Of a DNA stretch of 42,822 bases, positions 11,379 to 22,824 are shown in pieces. The translations under genes and the position numbers were made by a program. Origin of the DNA: Octopus bimaculoides (lineage: Eukaryota); NCBI RefSeq assembly GCF_001194135.2, contig NC_068982.1, positions 22,156,612 through 22,199,433 on the forward strand, given 5' to 3'. Within the stretch, counting starts at the first letter, position 1, and the number at the start of each line of letters is the position of its first letter. The notes below the pieces were generated by a model. It had not been told where the DNA came from and searched no databases. It saw only the letters and a program-made list of their open reading frames with translations.

Positions 11379-11964
11379 GCCTATCCCGTCATTTCGAGTC
11401 AATCGTACATTATTCACATTTTTAAGGCCGCAAAACGTAATTCGAGAAAGATAAAGTTTTTAAGATATTAGGGCCTCTTGCTGCTATTTCTAGCTGGTCG
11501 ATCCACTTTATCTTCTACACTGGTTTGTTGAATTTCTTCCATTTCATAGGCTGCTTGTTCTGGTAGTGATGGTGATGGTGGTAGTAGTGGTGGTAGCGGT
11601 AATAGTATGAGGGATGATGGTGATGCTACTACTAATACTTCTAAACTTCAGCTCCTGGTGATGGTGGTAGGGTGTTTGTCGTTCAGCCTTAGTTCTTGTA
11701 AATAATAATTGCTTATAATTCTCATTACAAAAGTACTATTTTACTGTTGATTATGAATCCTTCTCACCTCCCTCTCTGTCTGTCTGTCTATCTCTCACTC
11801 TCTCTCTTTTCCTCTGTCATACCCATGCGCGCGCATGTGTGCACCCCTTGCTCTCACTTTAATTCCCTGTTCCTTTTTCTCTTTTATATGAATAAATACA
11901 TATTGACATACAGGCAATGTGCTTACTTATGTACAAGCATGGCATTATACTAAATTATTTTACA

Positions 11965-11967
<3 letters not shown>

Positions 11968-12035
<68 letters not shown>
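11968..12035. repeat. (CA)n microsatellite
   Basis: Direct reading. Confidence 0.97.
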
Positions 12036-12038
<3 letters not shown>

Positions 12039-12197
12039 CGTTGATTAGTTCCAAGAGGCCATCGAAACTAGTCTGTAGATGCCAGACCAGCAAGGGGAAG
12101 CGGCTGACCTCCCCTGTTCGAAGACTATAATGGACACAGATTCATGTGTCACATAGCTAGCTAGAGGTGATGGCCTCTTCGAGCTAATCAGCGGCAG
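12035..12197. repeat. 163-bp element with 29-bp terminal inverted repeats (MITE-like or structured RNA)
   Basis: 12035-12063 ctgccgttgattagttccaagaggccatc versus the reverse complement of 12169-12197 ctgccgctgattagctcgaagaggccatc: 26/29 identical. Confidence 0.9.
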
Positions 12198-12959
12198 CAT
12201 TTGTCCTATTTTTTGGACTGTCATGTTGGCTTGGCGATAACTATTAATATCCAGTACCGCTGCCGTAGTCTCCTTTAGAAAGACTTAGAAATTTTAATAT
12301 TTCTAAACGCCAGTATTTTAATGGTGGCAGCTGATGAAGGATATGTTTTCTATGTGGCCTGCTTGTTTTTTGTACCTTGTTTATCATTTTGTCTATGTTT
12401 TTTGAAACGTCACGTACCCAGATATGTATCTATATGTACATGTAGATGAAGGTACGTACATACATGTACANNNNNNNNNNNNNNNNNNNNNNNNNNNNNN
12501 NNNNNNNNNNNNNNNNNNNNNNNNNNNNNNNNNNNNNNNNNNNNNNNNNNNNNNNNNNNNNNNNNNNNNNNNNNNNNNNNNNNNNNNNNNNNNNNNNNNN
12601 NNNNNNNNNNNNNNNNNNNNNNNNNNNNNNNNNNNNNNNNNNNNNNNNNNNNNNNNNNNNNNNNNNNNNNNNNNNNNNNNNNNNNNNNNNNNNNNNNNNN
12701 NNNNNNNNNNNNNNNNNNNNNNNNNNTAGCTGAGCTGTATTCCGTTAAGAACGTATCAGAGTACAAAATAGAGCTCGTTCACCGTTGGAATTACCAGATA
12801 GCCGGCAGTATTAAATAGGTAAGCAGTTACTTAATTTAAGCTTAAATCCCGTGTATATGTGTTGTATCGGTACATGTGTAGTGGTCATTAAACAGTTCTC
12901 GACTCGTACTTCCTCTTCTTTTTGACTATATCTATTCTTTCCTTTATATATATATATGA

Positions 12960-13160
12960 TATATATATATTCGCCATGATACATCGCTGACTACTACACA
13001 CATTTTTTTCTCTCCTTGTGTCTTTCTGTGTTCCTTTCTGTGAAAGAGCGTAGGCTCGAAACGTTAAAAACTTTTTCGATTCTCGAGCGTTATATTAATA
13101 CATCTGTTTGTTTTCTACACCACCTGCCTTCGTCAGTTGTTTCTTTTTTGTGAATTATCT
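12960..13160 (+). mobile_element. Probable Penelope-like element terminal (pseudo-LTR) remnant
   Basis: Contains ctgtgaaa-GAGC-gtag-GCTC-GAAACGT followed by a pyrimidine-rich tail, set between (TA)n and (CT)n tracts. Architecture is typical of PLE termini; not verified by search. Confidence 0.5.
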
Positions 13161-13162
13161 CT

Positions 13163-13195
<33 letters not shown>

Positions 13196-13228
13196 TAGAG
13201 AGAGAGAGAATATATTTTTTCTTTATAT

Positions 13229-13331
<103 letters not shown>

Positions 13332-13579
13332 CAAATATATGGCAGTGTGTCAAAATTTATGTATGTATGTATGTATGTATGCATGTATATATATATGTGT
13401 GTATGTATGAATTAGTAGCATATCATTAATTAATTTAATGTTGAAGTGAATCGAACGGTTTTTTGTGTGTTCCTAAATGGCTTATAAACATCTCCCGCGC
13501 TGCAATTATTTTTGTTTCAGCACACGACCTCAGATCAAATCACTTGCTATGAAAGAACATCTCCATTAATTAATTGTAG

Positions 13580-13736
13580 ACCAGAAAGTATTTCTATTCT
13601 TATTCCAACACAATTCAGTAAATGTAACCTCTAGATAAAACGCGATGTCTAATATCCAATGGATCAAAATCTCGACATTTTAACGTCTTGACATCTTGAC
13701 ATCTTCTGTGTTCAAATTCTACTTACTAATAGCCAT

Positions 13737-13792
<56 letters not shown>

Positions 13793-13953
13793 NNNNNNNN
13801 NNNNNNNNNNNNNNNNNNNNNNNNNNNNNNNNNNNNNNNNNNNNNNNNNNNNNNNNNNNNNNNNNNNNNNNNNNNNNNNNNNNNNNNNNNNNNNNNNNNN
13901 NNNNNNNNNNNNNNNNNNNNNNNNNNNNNNNNNNNNNNNNNNNNNNNNNNNNN

Positions 13954-13998
<45 letters not shown>

Positions 13999-15029
13999 GT
14001 ATATGTATGTATGTATATCTTTCCCTCTTTCTCTTTCTCGCAGCTCTCATATATATTAACAATATAAGTGATGAAAAATACCCAGGGGAATTTTTCTGCC
14101 TTCTGAATGGAAATGCTGTCGGTTTTCTCTCTTACTGGCAGATTATAGATTTTAAAGAAGCCTTAAAGAAGCCAGAACAGAACCTCACTCAACTAATCGC
14201 TCGGATAATTTCATTTGATCGCAGTAAAACACCAGAGTATTGCTTTTAATATAGGCACAGTACTAAAGGTTGGAAGAGAGGTGTAAATCGATCAAATCGA
14301 CTTCAGTTTTTGTTGCTTATTTGAATGCTCTGAAAGGGAAAAATGTATCCCATATGACGATACGAGAATCCAATGGAATCATCTTTTCTTTTCCCTACCA
14401 AAACAGTGATGGTGTGTAGTCGAAAAACTATCATGCATGGGCAGTTACTGGTTTTCACAAACAGTCCTATCAAAACCTTTGAGATTGGAGTGAAACTTCC
14501 TAGATCCGGATATTAAATCCAGTGGAGGCGTGTGGCTTAGTGGTCAGGGTGTTGGACACATGATCGGAACATTGTGGTTTCGATTCCTGAACTGGTTGAG
14601 ACATTGTGTTCTTGAGCAAAACACTTCATTTCATGTTGCTCCAGTCTACTCAGCTGGCAAAAATAAATAATCCTGCGACAGACCGGTGTCCCGTTCAGGT
14701 GGGGAATATATACACTCTGAAACCGGGAAACCGGCCCTTTTGAGTCGGTATGATTTGAGAAGGTAATCTTATTTTACTTTCCGATTAAGACGAGTTATTA
14801 ATGGTTTGAAGGTTCATTAATTATCAATGCATTTTTGAAGTTTAGCGCGTACTTAAAATATAATAGACATGAGAAAAAATATGCCTGATCATAGACATCG
14901 CGTGAACTGGCAAACATAGGGTCGTCGAAAAAGCAGTGACTGTGGAGAATATTGTTGACGCTTGTAAAGAAGTCTAGCATCATTAAAACTGATAATTGTG
15001 TTGAGAAATAGAAATTAAAAGAGGGAGAA

Positions 15030-15030
<1 letters not shown>
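13580..15030 (-). pseudogene. Possible decayed LRR-containing coding sequence interrupted by SINEs and microsatellites
   Basis: Open stretch LSVLMMLDFFTSVNNILHSHCFFDDPMF...FSCLLYFKYALNFKN (~15010-14830), then after SINE C, LASLRLL*NL and KIPLGIFHHL (~14180-14060). Confidence 0.22.
14522..14780 (+). mobile_element. SINE family C copy
   Basis: Box A tggcttagtggtcag, box B ggtttcgattcc, then gtgttcttgagcaaaacacttcatttcatgttgctccagtctactcagctgg and ctctgaaaccgggaaaccggccc. Homologous to 6630-6855. Confidence 0.85.
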
Positions 15031-15106
<76 letters not shown>

Positions 15107-15229
15107 TATATACATACAGGGTGCGGTGGGTAAATTGTTGCCATTTTATATGTTTAAACGAAAGAAGAAATTAAAAGAAGGAGAAAGAAATAGTATGGAG
15201 AGTAAAAATTGTGCGGTCAGTTTGAAAGA

Positions 15230-15776
15230 TATACGAGAGCAAAGACAGACACAGAAGACCGGTAATTATGAATGCGAAGGAGTGATTTGAAATGGAAACA
15301 CTTATATGTGCGGCACAAGAGCAAGCATTAAGGACAAACTATGTAAAGCGCAGAATTGATAACAAAAATTACAGCGAGAAATGCAGAATATGTAGTGGGG
15401 GAGGTGAAACAGTGTGGCACATTGTTTGTTTGTGAGTGCTTGAAAGTGGCACAACGTGAATACAAAAGGCGACATCACAATGTGGTAAGAATGATTCATT
15501 GAGAGCTTTGTGGTCATTCTGGCCTTGAAAGATCAAAGACGTTGTATGATCAAATCCCAGATTGAATTACTGAGAATGAGGACTGCAAAATCCTATGAGA
15601 TGTAATGATTTAGTATGATTATCAGATTAGACAAGAGAAATCCGACATTGTTGAGGTAAACAGAAATGGAAAAATGCCTGATAATCGACATATCATGTCC
15701 TGGTAAAAACAGGATCGAGGAGAATAAAGAAAACGTGAACTAGGATGATTTGAAGTGGAAAGTATGCAAGTTATGC
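15230..15776 (+). mobile_element. R4/Dong-type (restriction-like endonuclease) non-LTR retrotransposon, C-terminal fragment, part 1
   Basis: METLICAAQEQALRTNYVKRRID..EKCRICSGGGETVWHIV (zinc knuckle), REYKRRHHNV, KSDIVEV..KCLIIDISCP (PD..D-like), DDLKWKVCKL; stops and frameshifts present. Confidence 0.88.
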
Positions 15777-15778
15777 TA

Positions 15779-15865
15779 CTCAACCTGAAGAAAATTCTAA
15801 CTGGGCCCCACCTGCTAGGTCATGGTATGTTTATCTTGATGAGATCACCATATCGCGCACATATC
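15779..15865 (+). repeat. Partial copy of the unassigned repeat at 16622-17190
   Basis: ctcaacctgaagaaaattctaactgggcccc...gagatcaccatatcgcgcacatat aligns with 16974-17061. Confidence 0.8.
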
Positions 15866-15871
15866 AAAGTG

Positions 15872-16620
15872 GGCGGTGATGCGGTGATCATTACAGACAC
15901 GGCTGACAGACGGGTCTGTCTCACATGTGACAGCAGCTGTTTGACAGAAACCCACAAGTCATCAATGCCCGAACACTGAACGAGAGCGTGCAGAAAGGTT
16001 TCTTCACTCTGGGCACATCTCAGACAACCCCGTCTGACAGCATCCTTACCTATAGAGTTTATCTCGAACCAGTTGCGTCCGCTGGTAGCATTGCCAGGCC
16101 AAGGACATCTAAAAATTATCCATCATAGATTCCAACCGGAACGTCCTCCGGAACAGACGACTCAGTTCGTTCTCATCAGCGACCAGAGTCTCCCTCAAGA
16201 GCATCGTCGCACTAATACTTTATAAATTTCTAAAGCGGAACATCCACCGTTCTCATTGCCCGATTGGTAGAGGGCTGTGAGCGCCTGATGACATTCTAAG
16301 TGCCAGGCGCCCAGTCTCGTATTTTTCTTCATCCAGGAATCCAACTCCGTCAAGGAGACGAGTTGTGTAAAGACGAGCCTCACAAACGGAGTTCAGACAC
16401 GCTCACCGTTCAGAAATCGATGCAGGTGGCGTAACCTAAGAGGGTGTCTGTGCATTAGGAGCTACGGCATACCTAACCCGCCACTCAAAGGATGCTGGCA
16501 ACAGACTGACCGCCTGACCATTGGAACGCTTCTCTTCCACAAGAATTTTAATTAAAGACGCTTCAGCCTGGCCAAGCAGTAACCGGGAAAAAGCATGACT
16601 GTCACGCAATAAATGATAAC
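15872..16620 (-). mobile_element. Tx1/L1-type LINE ORF2 C-terminal fragment
   Basis: Minus-strand RGCLRCAQSEETFLHALVQCSGIDDLW (CxxC...ETxxHxxxxC..W knuckle), preceded by broken frames; higher GC than the surroundings. Confidence 0.75.
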
Positions 16621-16621
16621 G

Positions 16622-17190
16622 GAGGAGATGTAAGCATACCAGGCAGTGGGTCTCATGGCTTCTGATGTTAACTGATTGGAAGTGTGATTATGTATATGTT
16701 TTTTCTTGGTATAAAAGATGGGTTACAGCAAATATTCTGCTCAATACCACAGATTTGCTTGCCAGTTACTTGACCTTAACCAGTTGATCATGTCTCTTAG
16801 TGGCTGACGATATGTGCATCTCTGATTACGAGCAGAAGTAATGGGGGAATATCATAGTCATGTGTTTAGAGGAATTCTTTTGGGTTTGGATAATTCACCT
16901 CTGGAAACAGGGGTGTTTTACTTAACATCATTAAACAGCCCTTGTCCAAGGACCTTTTGAGCGGGATGGGCTTCTCAACGTGAAGAAAATTGTAATTGGA
17001 CCCCACTTGCAAGGTCATGTACTGTTTATCTTGATATGAGATCACCATGTCGCGCACATATGGTTGTGATGCATGTGCCTGGTGTACCCTTATCAGACGG
17101 GTAGTCATGATGGGTATATCAGGCTTTGTATATTTTACCCCAGTGTCACTTTGATGGCATGCACTGCTCTTTCACTCAATAATAATAATC
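16622..17190 (+). mobile_element. Unassigned interspersed repeat, probably a LINE 3' end with (AAT)n tail
   Basis: Ends ctctttcactcaataataataat; an internal 90-nt segment is duplicated at 15779. Confidence 0.5.
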
Positions 17191-17386
17191 CTTTCTACTA
17201 TAAGCACAAGGCCTGAAATTGGGCGAGGAGGATAATCGATTACATCGACCCCAATTTTTAATAGTACTTAATTTCTCGAAAGAATAAAAGGCAAAGTCGA
17301 CATCGGCGGAATTTGAACTCAGAAGGTAGTGGCAGACGAAATAACGTTAAGCATTTCGCCCAGCGTGCTAACGTTTCTGCCGCCTT
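17178..17386 (-). mobile_element. SINE family A copy
   Basis: Reverse-complemented head and core (atcgattacatcgacccc...aaaggcaaagtcgacatcggcggaatttgaactcagaa). Confidence 0.88.
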
Positions 17387-17394
17387 AATAATGA

Positions 17395-17650
17395 CACGGT
17401 TTTGCCTATAATTGGTGCACTGGAAACTGTAAGCAAAAATATAGACAAATGGTTGAAGGAGACTGGAATAGTATGTCCTTTAGGGCTTCTAGAGAAAGTT
17501 TGCCTCTTAGGGACAGGAAAGATTATCAGTGGGATTATAAGCACTTGAAAGCTTATTAAAAGCTAGTAGATGCCTAAGGTTACAGGTAGTAACCCGCATA
17601 AATCCTGCTGGGAGTAAGAACGAGCTGAGTCAAATAAATAATAACGATAG
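17395..17650 (+). mobile_element. R4/Dong-type element, part 2 (continuation of 15230-15776) with 3' UTR
   Basis: PIIGALETVSKNIDKWLKETGIVCPLGLLEKVCLLGTGKIISGIIST* is the segment expected after the endonuclease motif; followed by a short UTR and aaataaataataac. Confidence 0.85.
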
Positions 17651-17867
17651 TAATCCTTTATACTATAGGCCAAAGGCCTGAAATTTAGGGGAGGGGGCCA
17701 GTCGATTAGATCTCCCCCAGTGCACAACTGGCACTTAAATTTTCGGCCCCGAAAGGATGAAAGGCAAAGTCAACCTTGGAGGAATTTGTACTCAGAACTT
17801 AGTGACGGGCGAAACGCCATTAAGCATATCGCCCGGCGCGCTAACGATTCTGCCAGCTCGCCACCTT
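17651..17867 (-). mobile_element. SINE family A copy
   Basis: gaaaggatgaaaggcaaagtcaaccttggaggaatttgtactcagaa...cccggcgcgctaacgattctgccagctcgccacctt. Confidence 0.88.
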
Positions 17868-18450
17868 AATTATAAGGGTAATGATGGTGATGATTATGAT
17901 GATGATGATGATGATAACAATAACAATAACAGCAAAAAAACATTAGAAAGAATATTAATAGAAAATAATGTGATTTCTAATATAAGCACCAAGAAGTCTA
18001 ACATTCTTTGAAAGTTAACTGTCTATTAAATGGGTGCCCTTGAATGGTTGGTCTTTATTTTATCCGAAACCCGGAATGATGAGAGGTGAGCTGACTCTAG
18101 TGGTAAAATAATAATGCTTCCTCTACTTGTATAAACTTGTATAAAGACACTAGAGGAATGACATTCCGAAGACTAAAGAAAACAAACAAAAAAAACAGAA
18201 AATGCTGGGAAGTTACAACAAGGAAGATAAAAAAAAGAATGTAACTCTAAAAAAATTAATATCCGATTAAAAATATAACAAATATGATAATAACAATAAT
18301 AATTTAAATAATACAATAAAATTACATGAAAGTATGTGGCTATGGGGGGATCGCCGTAGAGAACTAATTATTAGACTGCAACAACAACGGAACGTTTTGA
18401 TTATGCTCAACACGTAGTGATGTGCCTTTTACCTGCTGTCAGTCTACAAA

Positions 18451-18451
<1 letters not shown>

Positions 18452-18505
<54 letters not shown>

Positions 18506-18517
18506 TAATAACAGCAA

Positions 18518-18548
<31 letters not shown>

Positions 18549-18663
18549 TCATAATAACGACAAAAACAATATTAATATTGATAATAATAATACTAATACT
18601 AATAATAATAATAATAATAATAATAGTAGTAGTAGCAGTAGCAGCAGCAGCAGCAGCAGTAGC

Positions 18664-18697
<34 letters not shown>

Positions 18698-18707
18698 NNN
18701 NNNNNNN

Positions 18708-18758
<51 letters not shown>

Positions 18759-18759
18759 C

Positions 18760-18797
<38 letters not shown>

Positions 18798-18850
18798 CAG
18801 CAGCAGCAGCAGTAGTAAGAAAGTAATAATAATAGTAATAGTAACAACGA
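18452..18850. repeat. Large compound (AAT)n/(AGT)n/(AGC)n microsatellite
   Basis: Direct reading, with a 10-N gap at 18698-18707. Confidence 0.97.
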
Positions 18851-19139
18851 TGAGGATAATAAAGTTTTTAGACGGCAATCTTTCAAAGAATTGGTATAAA
18901 TTTTCCTTTTCCATAATTAGCCTCATTGAAAGACTCAGATCATATGAGGGAAAAAAAAACCCAAAAAAAAAAACCAGAAAGTCTTTCTCTGAGGCAACAA
19001 TGTCGATTATTATTATTACTACCATTATTATTATTGTTGTTTTTGTTGTTGTTGTTGTTTCATGGGTTTTGTTTTGTTGTTTCAGCTGATGTAGCTGTTG
19101 ATGGTGATGATGAAGTTGATTACACTGTTATTCTGATTA

Positions 19140-19170
19140 TTTTTATTGATATCATCATCATCGTCATCGC

Positions 19171-19217
<47 letters not shown>

Positions 19218-19322
19218 TTTCGTTCTTTTATCTTTTTGTCATATTGATTTTCGGGAACGGTGTCTGTTTTTAGATGGTTTTGTCTTTTTGTTGTTTTTCT
19301 TTTAAGTCATTCATTATTATTA

Positions 19323-19387
<65 letters not shown>

Positions 19388-19390
19388 GCT
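19140..19390. repeat. (ATC)n and (ATT)n microsatellites
   Basis: Direct reading. Confidence 0.95.
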
Positions 19391-20509
19391 TGGTTTCAGG
19401 GTTGATACGTCATTTGTATTTTTTTATTTATTTATTTATTTATTTTNNNNNNNNNNNNNNNNNNNNNNNNNNNNNNNNNNNNNNNNNNNNNNNNNNNNNN
19501 NNNNNNNNNNNNNNNNNNNNNNNNNNNNNNNNNNNNNNNNNNNNNNNNNNNNNNNNNNNNNNNNNNNNNNNNNNNNNNNNNNNNNNNNNNNNNNNNNNNN
19601 NNNNNNNNNNNNNNNNNNNNNNNNNNNNNNNNNNNNNNNNNNNNNNNNNNNNNNNNNNNNNNNNNNNNNNNNNNNNNNNNNNNNNNNNNNNNNNNNNNNN
19701 NNNNNNNNNNNNNNNNNNNNNNNNNNNNNNNNNNNNNNNNNNNNNNNNNNNNNNNNNNNNNNNNNNNNNNNNNNNNNNNNNNNNNNNNNNNNNNNNNNNN
19801 NNNNNNNNNNNNNNNNNNNNNNNNNNNNNNNNNNNNNNNNNNNNNNNNNNNNNNNNNNNNNNNNNNNNNNNNNNNNNNNNNNNNNNNNNNNNNNNNNNNN
19901 GAGAAGGTTCCCAAAAACGATGACCTTTTAATTAAAATGTTTTAAAAATCTATTTAATTTTCTTTCTTTTATTCAAGGGAGAGAAACAATTCATTGGTTT
20001 CTATTTTTCTCCGAAGGCTATTTGTCTTCGAAGTTCTTTGCAATATATTGTTTTACTAATTCAAGACATTTATTTAGACTCAAACTGCATTTCTGTGACC
20101 ACCAACCAAATATGCACTGAATTATTGAAGTTGTTATGAGAAGTAGAAAAGTTGAAACAAAATAGAAATGAATTAAGAAACTGAATCAAGAAATTCAATT
20201 GCAACTTATTTTGTGGGTGTTATTTTGTTTTCTTAGTTTGTTTTTTTTTTATCAAAAACTTTTAACGATTCACTACAACAGACGACAAAACCAAAGTTAT
20301 ACAATGTCGCCATGATGTTTTAATAATGCAAACTGCCACAACTAAAGAAAAAAGAAAGAGAACAGCATCATTTGGCCTATTTTAAATTAGAACATTGCTT
20401 GAAGTGCTAGAAATAGTAGCCAAATTTCCATCATAATGCACTTAGCCACCGCATTTATTGCAATAAGAGACTCTTTGGAAAATTGTTTCTCCTCTAAATG
20501 TAAGGTCAC

Positions 20510-20640
20510 AAATTTAGGGAAAAGGGATCAGTCAATCAAACTGACCCAGTAGTTGTCTTATACTTTATTTTATCGACGTTGGAAGGATGAAAGGCAGAGT
20601 TTGCTTCAGCAGGATTTGAACTTACAAAGCAGACGGCTCT
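20510..20640 (-). mobile_element. SINE family A fragment
   Basis: tttattttatcgacgttggaaggatgaaaggcagagtttgcttcagcaggatttgaact. Confidence 0.7.
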
Positions 20641-21014
20641 GTCATATAACGGAAAATTTATTGTATCCAGCTATAACAATTATGTCAATACACCATCCTT
20701 ATGCCTTGGGTAACAATGTACCCAAGATTGTTTCTCTCATATCCAGAAAAGGAAGGGTAACGTGCATGACATTTTTTTCACAGAGACTCCAAGATGGGAG
20801 ATGGCTGATGTGAAGGAGAAACTGAGCTCATGGCTTGGTGCAGTAGAAACCTGTGTATTAAAATACCGACTTATCTCGGACTAGGAAAAGTTTGCTGCGG
20901 AGTGGATTCTGTTAAATGCATCAAAGCGCTAGGTGTAGAGTGTTAAATAAGCCGATGGATTAAGTTAACGTGTGATACAGCGAGTAACAAGATAAGACTA
21001 TCATATAGGACTGA

Positions 21015-21193
21015 AGGCGGCGAGATGGCAGAAACGTTAGCACGCCGGGCGAAATGTTTATCGGTATTTCGTCTGCCGTTACGTTCTGAGTTCAAATTCC
21101 GCCGAGGGTCAATGTAATCGACTTAATCCCTTTGTCTTTCCTTGTTTGTCCCCTCTATGTTTAGACCCTTGTGGGCTTATAAAGAAATAAGAA
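21015..21193 (+). mobile_element. SINE family A (A1 tail) with internal deletion
   Basis: Head intact to ccgccgagg, then jumps to gtcaatgtaatcgacttaatccctttg...aaagaaataagaa. The deletion joins two similar gtcga motifs. Confidence 0.9.
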
Positions 21194-22195
21194 ATGGAAG
21201 AAATAAGATAGGACTATCATAGCTGAAATGCTTTCCATCATAAATTTGCTTGATAAAGGCTAACGTAGGAGCTAAGTAGTAAGGAACACACTGTCTTGTT
21301 GCTGTTGTTTGGTCTCAAGATTAGACCTGACGCAGTACGAACAAGATGCTTATGACCATCCTGTTTATTTTCTTTGTTTTTTTTTTATATATAGAACGGC
21401 TATTTTTTAAGGTGGTAAGATGTTGTCTGAGGAAAATTTCTTTGTTATTTGTAGCTGATCGAGCGACCACTTGTTGGGTCGTATAAAAGAACATTGTGAA
21501 ATATGATGACTGAAGCATTAACAAAGCATAAAATTATACATTTCGTTCAAATGCAATTCTATACTAAATAATTAAAAATATATCAGAAACAAAAATTGAA
21601 TTTTGTGATAACAAAATTCCATAACATTGAAATATGACTAAAAATTTTGAGTAAAACAGCATTCAGCTAGATTAAGATAAATAAACAAATGAAATCTGAA
21701 AATCGATTATACAAAACTTCAGAGAAGCAACAATTCACAGCATAATCAGATGCGTCGTTTAGATAGCCGTTACGATGAGTTCTTTACGATAAAAACTTTC
21801 TCATATATTTCAGTCTTATCGTCAGTTTATCAAAAATTTCCAAAACACACCTATTGAAGTAAAGACTATACATTGAACAATGGATTATACAGCGTAGTGG
21901 AATCCGTTTAACATCTAGTCGGGCATGAAACACTAAAATGCTAATTTGTTTAAACCAACTATTTGGATTTTGAACACCTTGCATGGCAAGTCTATCAACT
22001 TAACTAGCATCTTTTCAAAGCAAACTTCAACACCAGGCTGTAAGTTTCTAGAGTAAATTTGGCAGAGAAGAGTTAGGAATGAATTAACCAGTAGCCATTA
22101 GTCTGTCTTGGAAAGAGTCGCGCCATACATGAAGAGTTCAAAATGGTGTAAAATAGGTTCGATCAAGAAATATCATAAAAGGGCATTCAGAAAGC

Positions 22196-22533
22196 GCAAA
22201 CCTCCGCCAGGGCAGCACTAACGTTCTCTCAACGATTAGCCAGCGATGATTTTTAAAATGAGAATATCTGAAATAAACTCGACTGCTCTCACAACCAAGA
22301 ATACTAAAAATGAACCGGTTCTCAAAAATTGAGAAAGAAGAGGAGAACTAATCCAGAATCCTTGTCCGGTACCGAATCGATCCCAAAATCTAAGCAGTTT
22401 ATGTCAGTTACAAGGCCAAACATCCCTAAAAGTTTCGTTCGAATTCACCGAGCGGTTCTTGAGATATATTGTCCACGAACAAATAAACACGACTGAAACA
22501 ATACCTCCGCCTTCGCTAAGGCGGAGGTAATAA
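22196..22533 (+). mobile_element. Non-autonomous element resembling Helentron-associated/DINE-1-like repeats
   Basis: 5' aacctccgcc is complementary to 3' ggcggaggt. 3' stem-loop acctccgcctt-cgct-aaggcggaggt (11 bp); AT-rich insertion context with no clear TSD. Confidence 0.55.
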
Positions 22534-22823
22534 ACTATATCACACCATTCGTAATAAAAAATTTAGAACTTATGTAGACATGCAAACGCTACGAACATTT
22601 TCGCCATCTCTCTTCTTGGGATAACGCAAAGAGCACAGTCAATATCAGATATCACATTGAGTGACACGCTGTTATTGTATACTTTACTTCAGTAAAATTA
22701 CGACAGACTTTGCTGAACATCCTTCTCAAAATTCCTACATATTAGCATGAATGTGTGTATATATACATAGATATATATATAGACACACATATGTGGACAT
22801 ACACACACAAACGAGTGCACACT

Positions 22824-22824
<1 letters not shown>

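Noticed and set aside
20070-20160. + strand KLHFCDHQPNMH*IIEVVMRSRKV resembling TIR box 2
   Set aside because: Opposite strand to the adjacent candidate LRR/TM pieces, no box 1 or box 3, and a short match.
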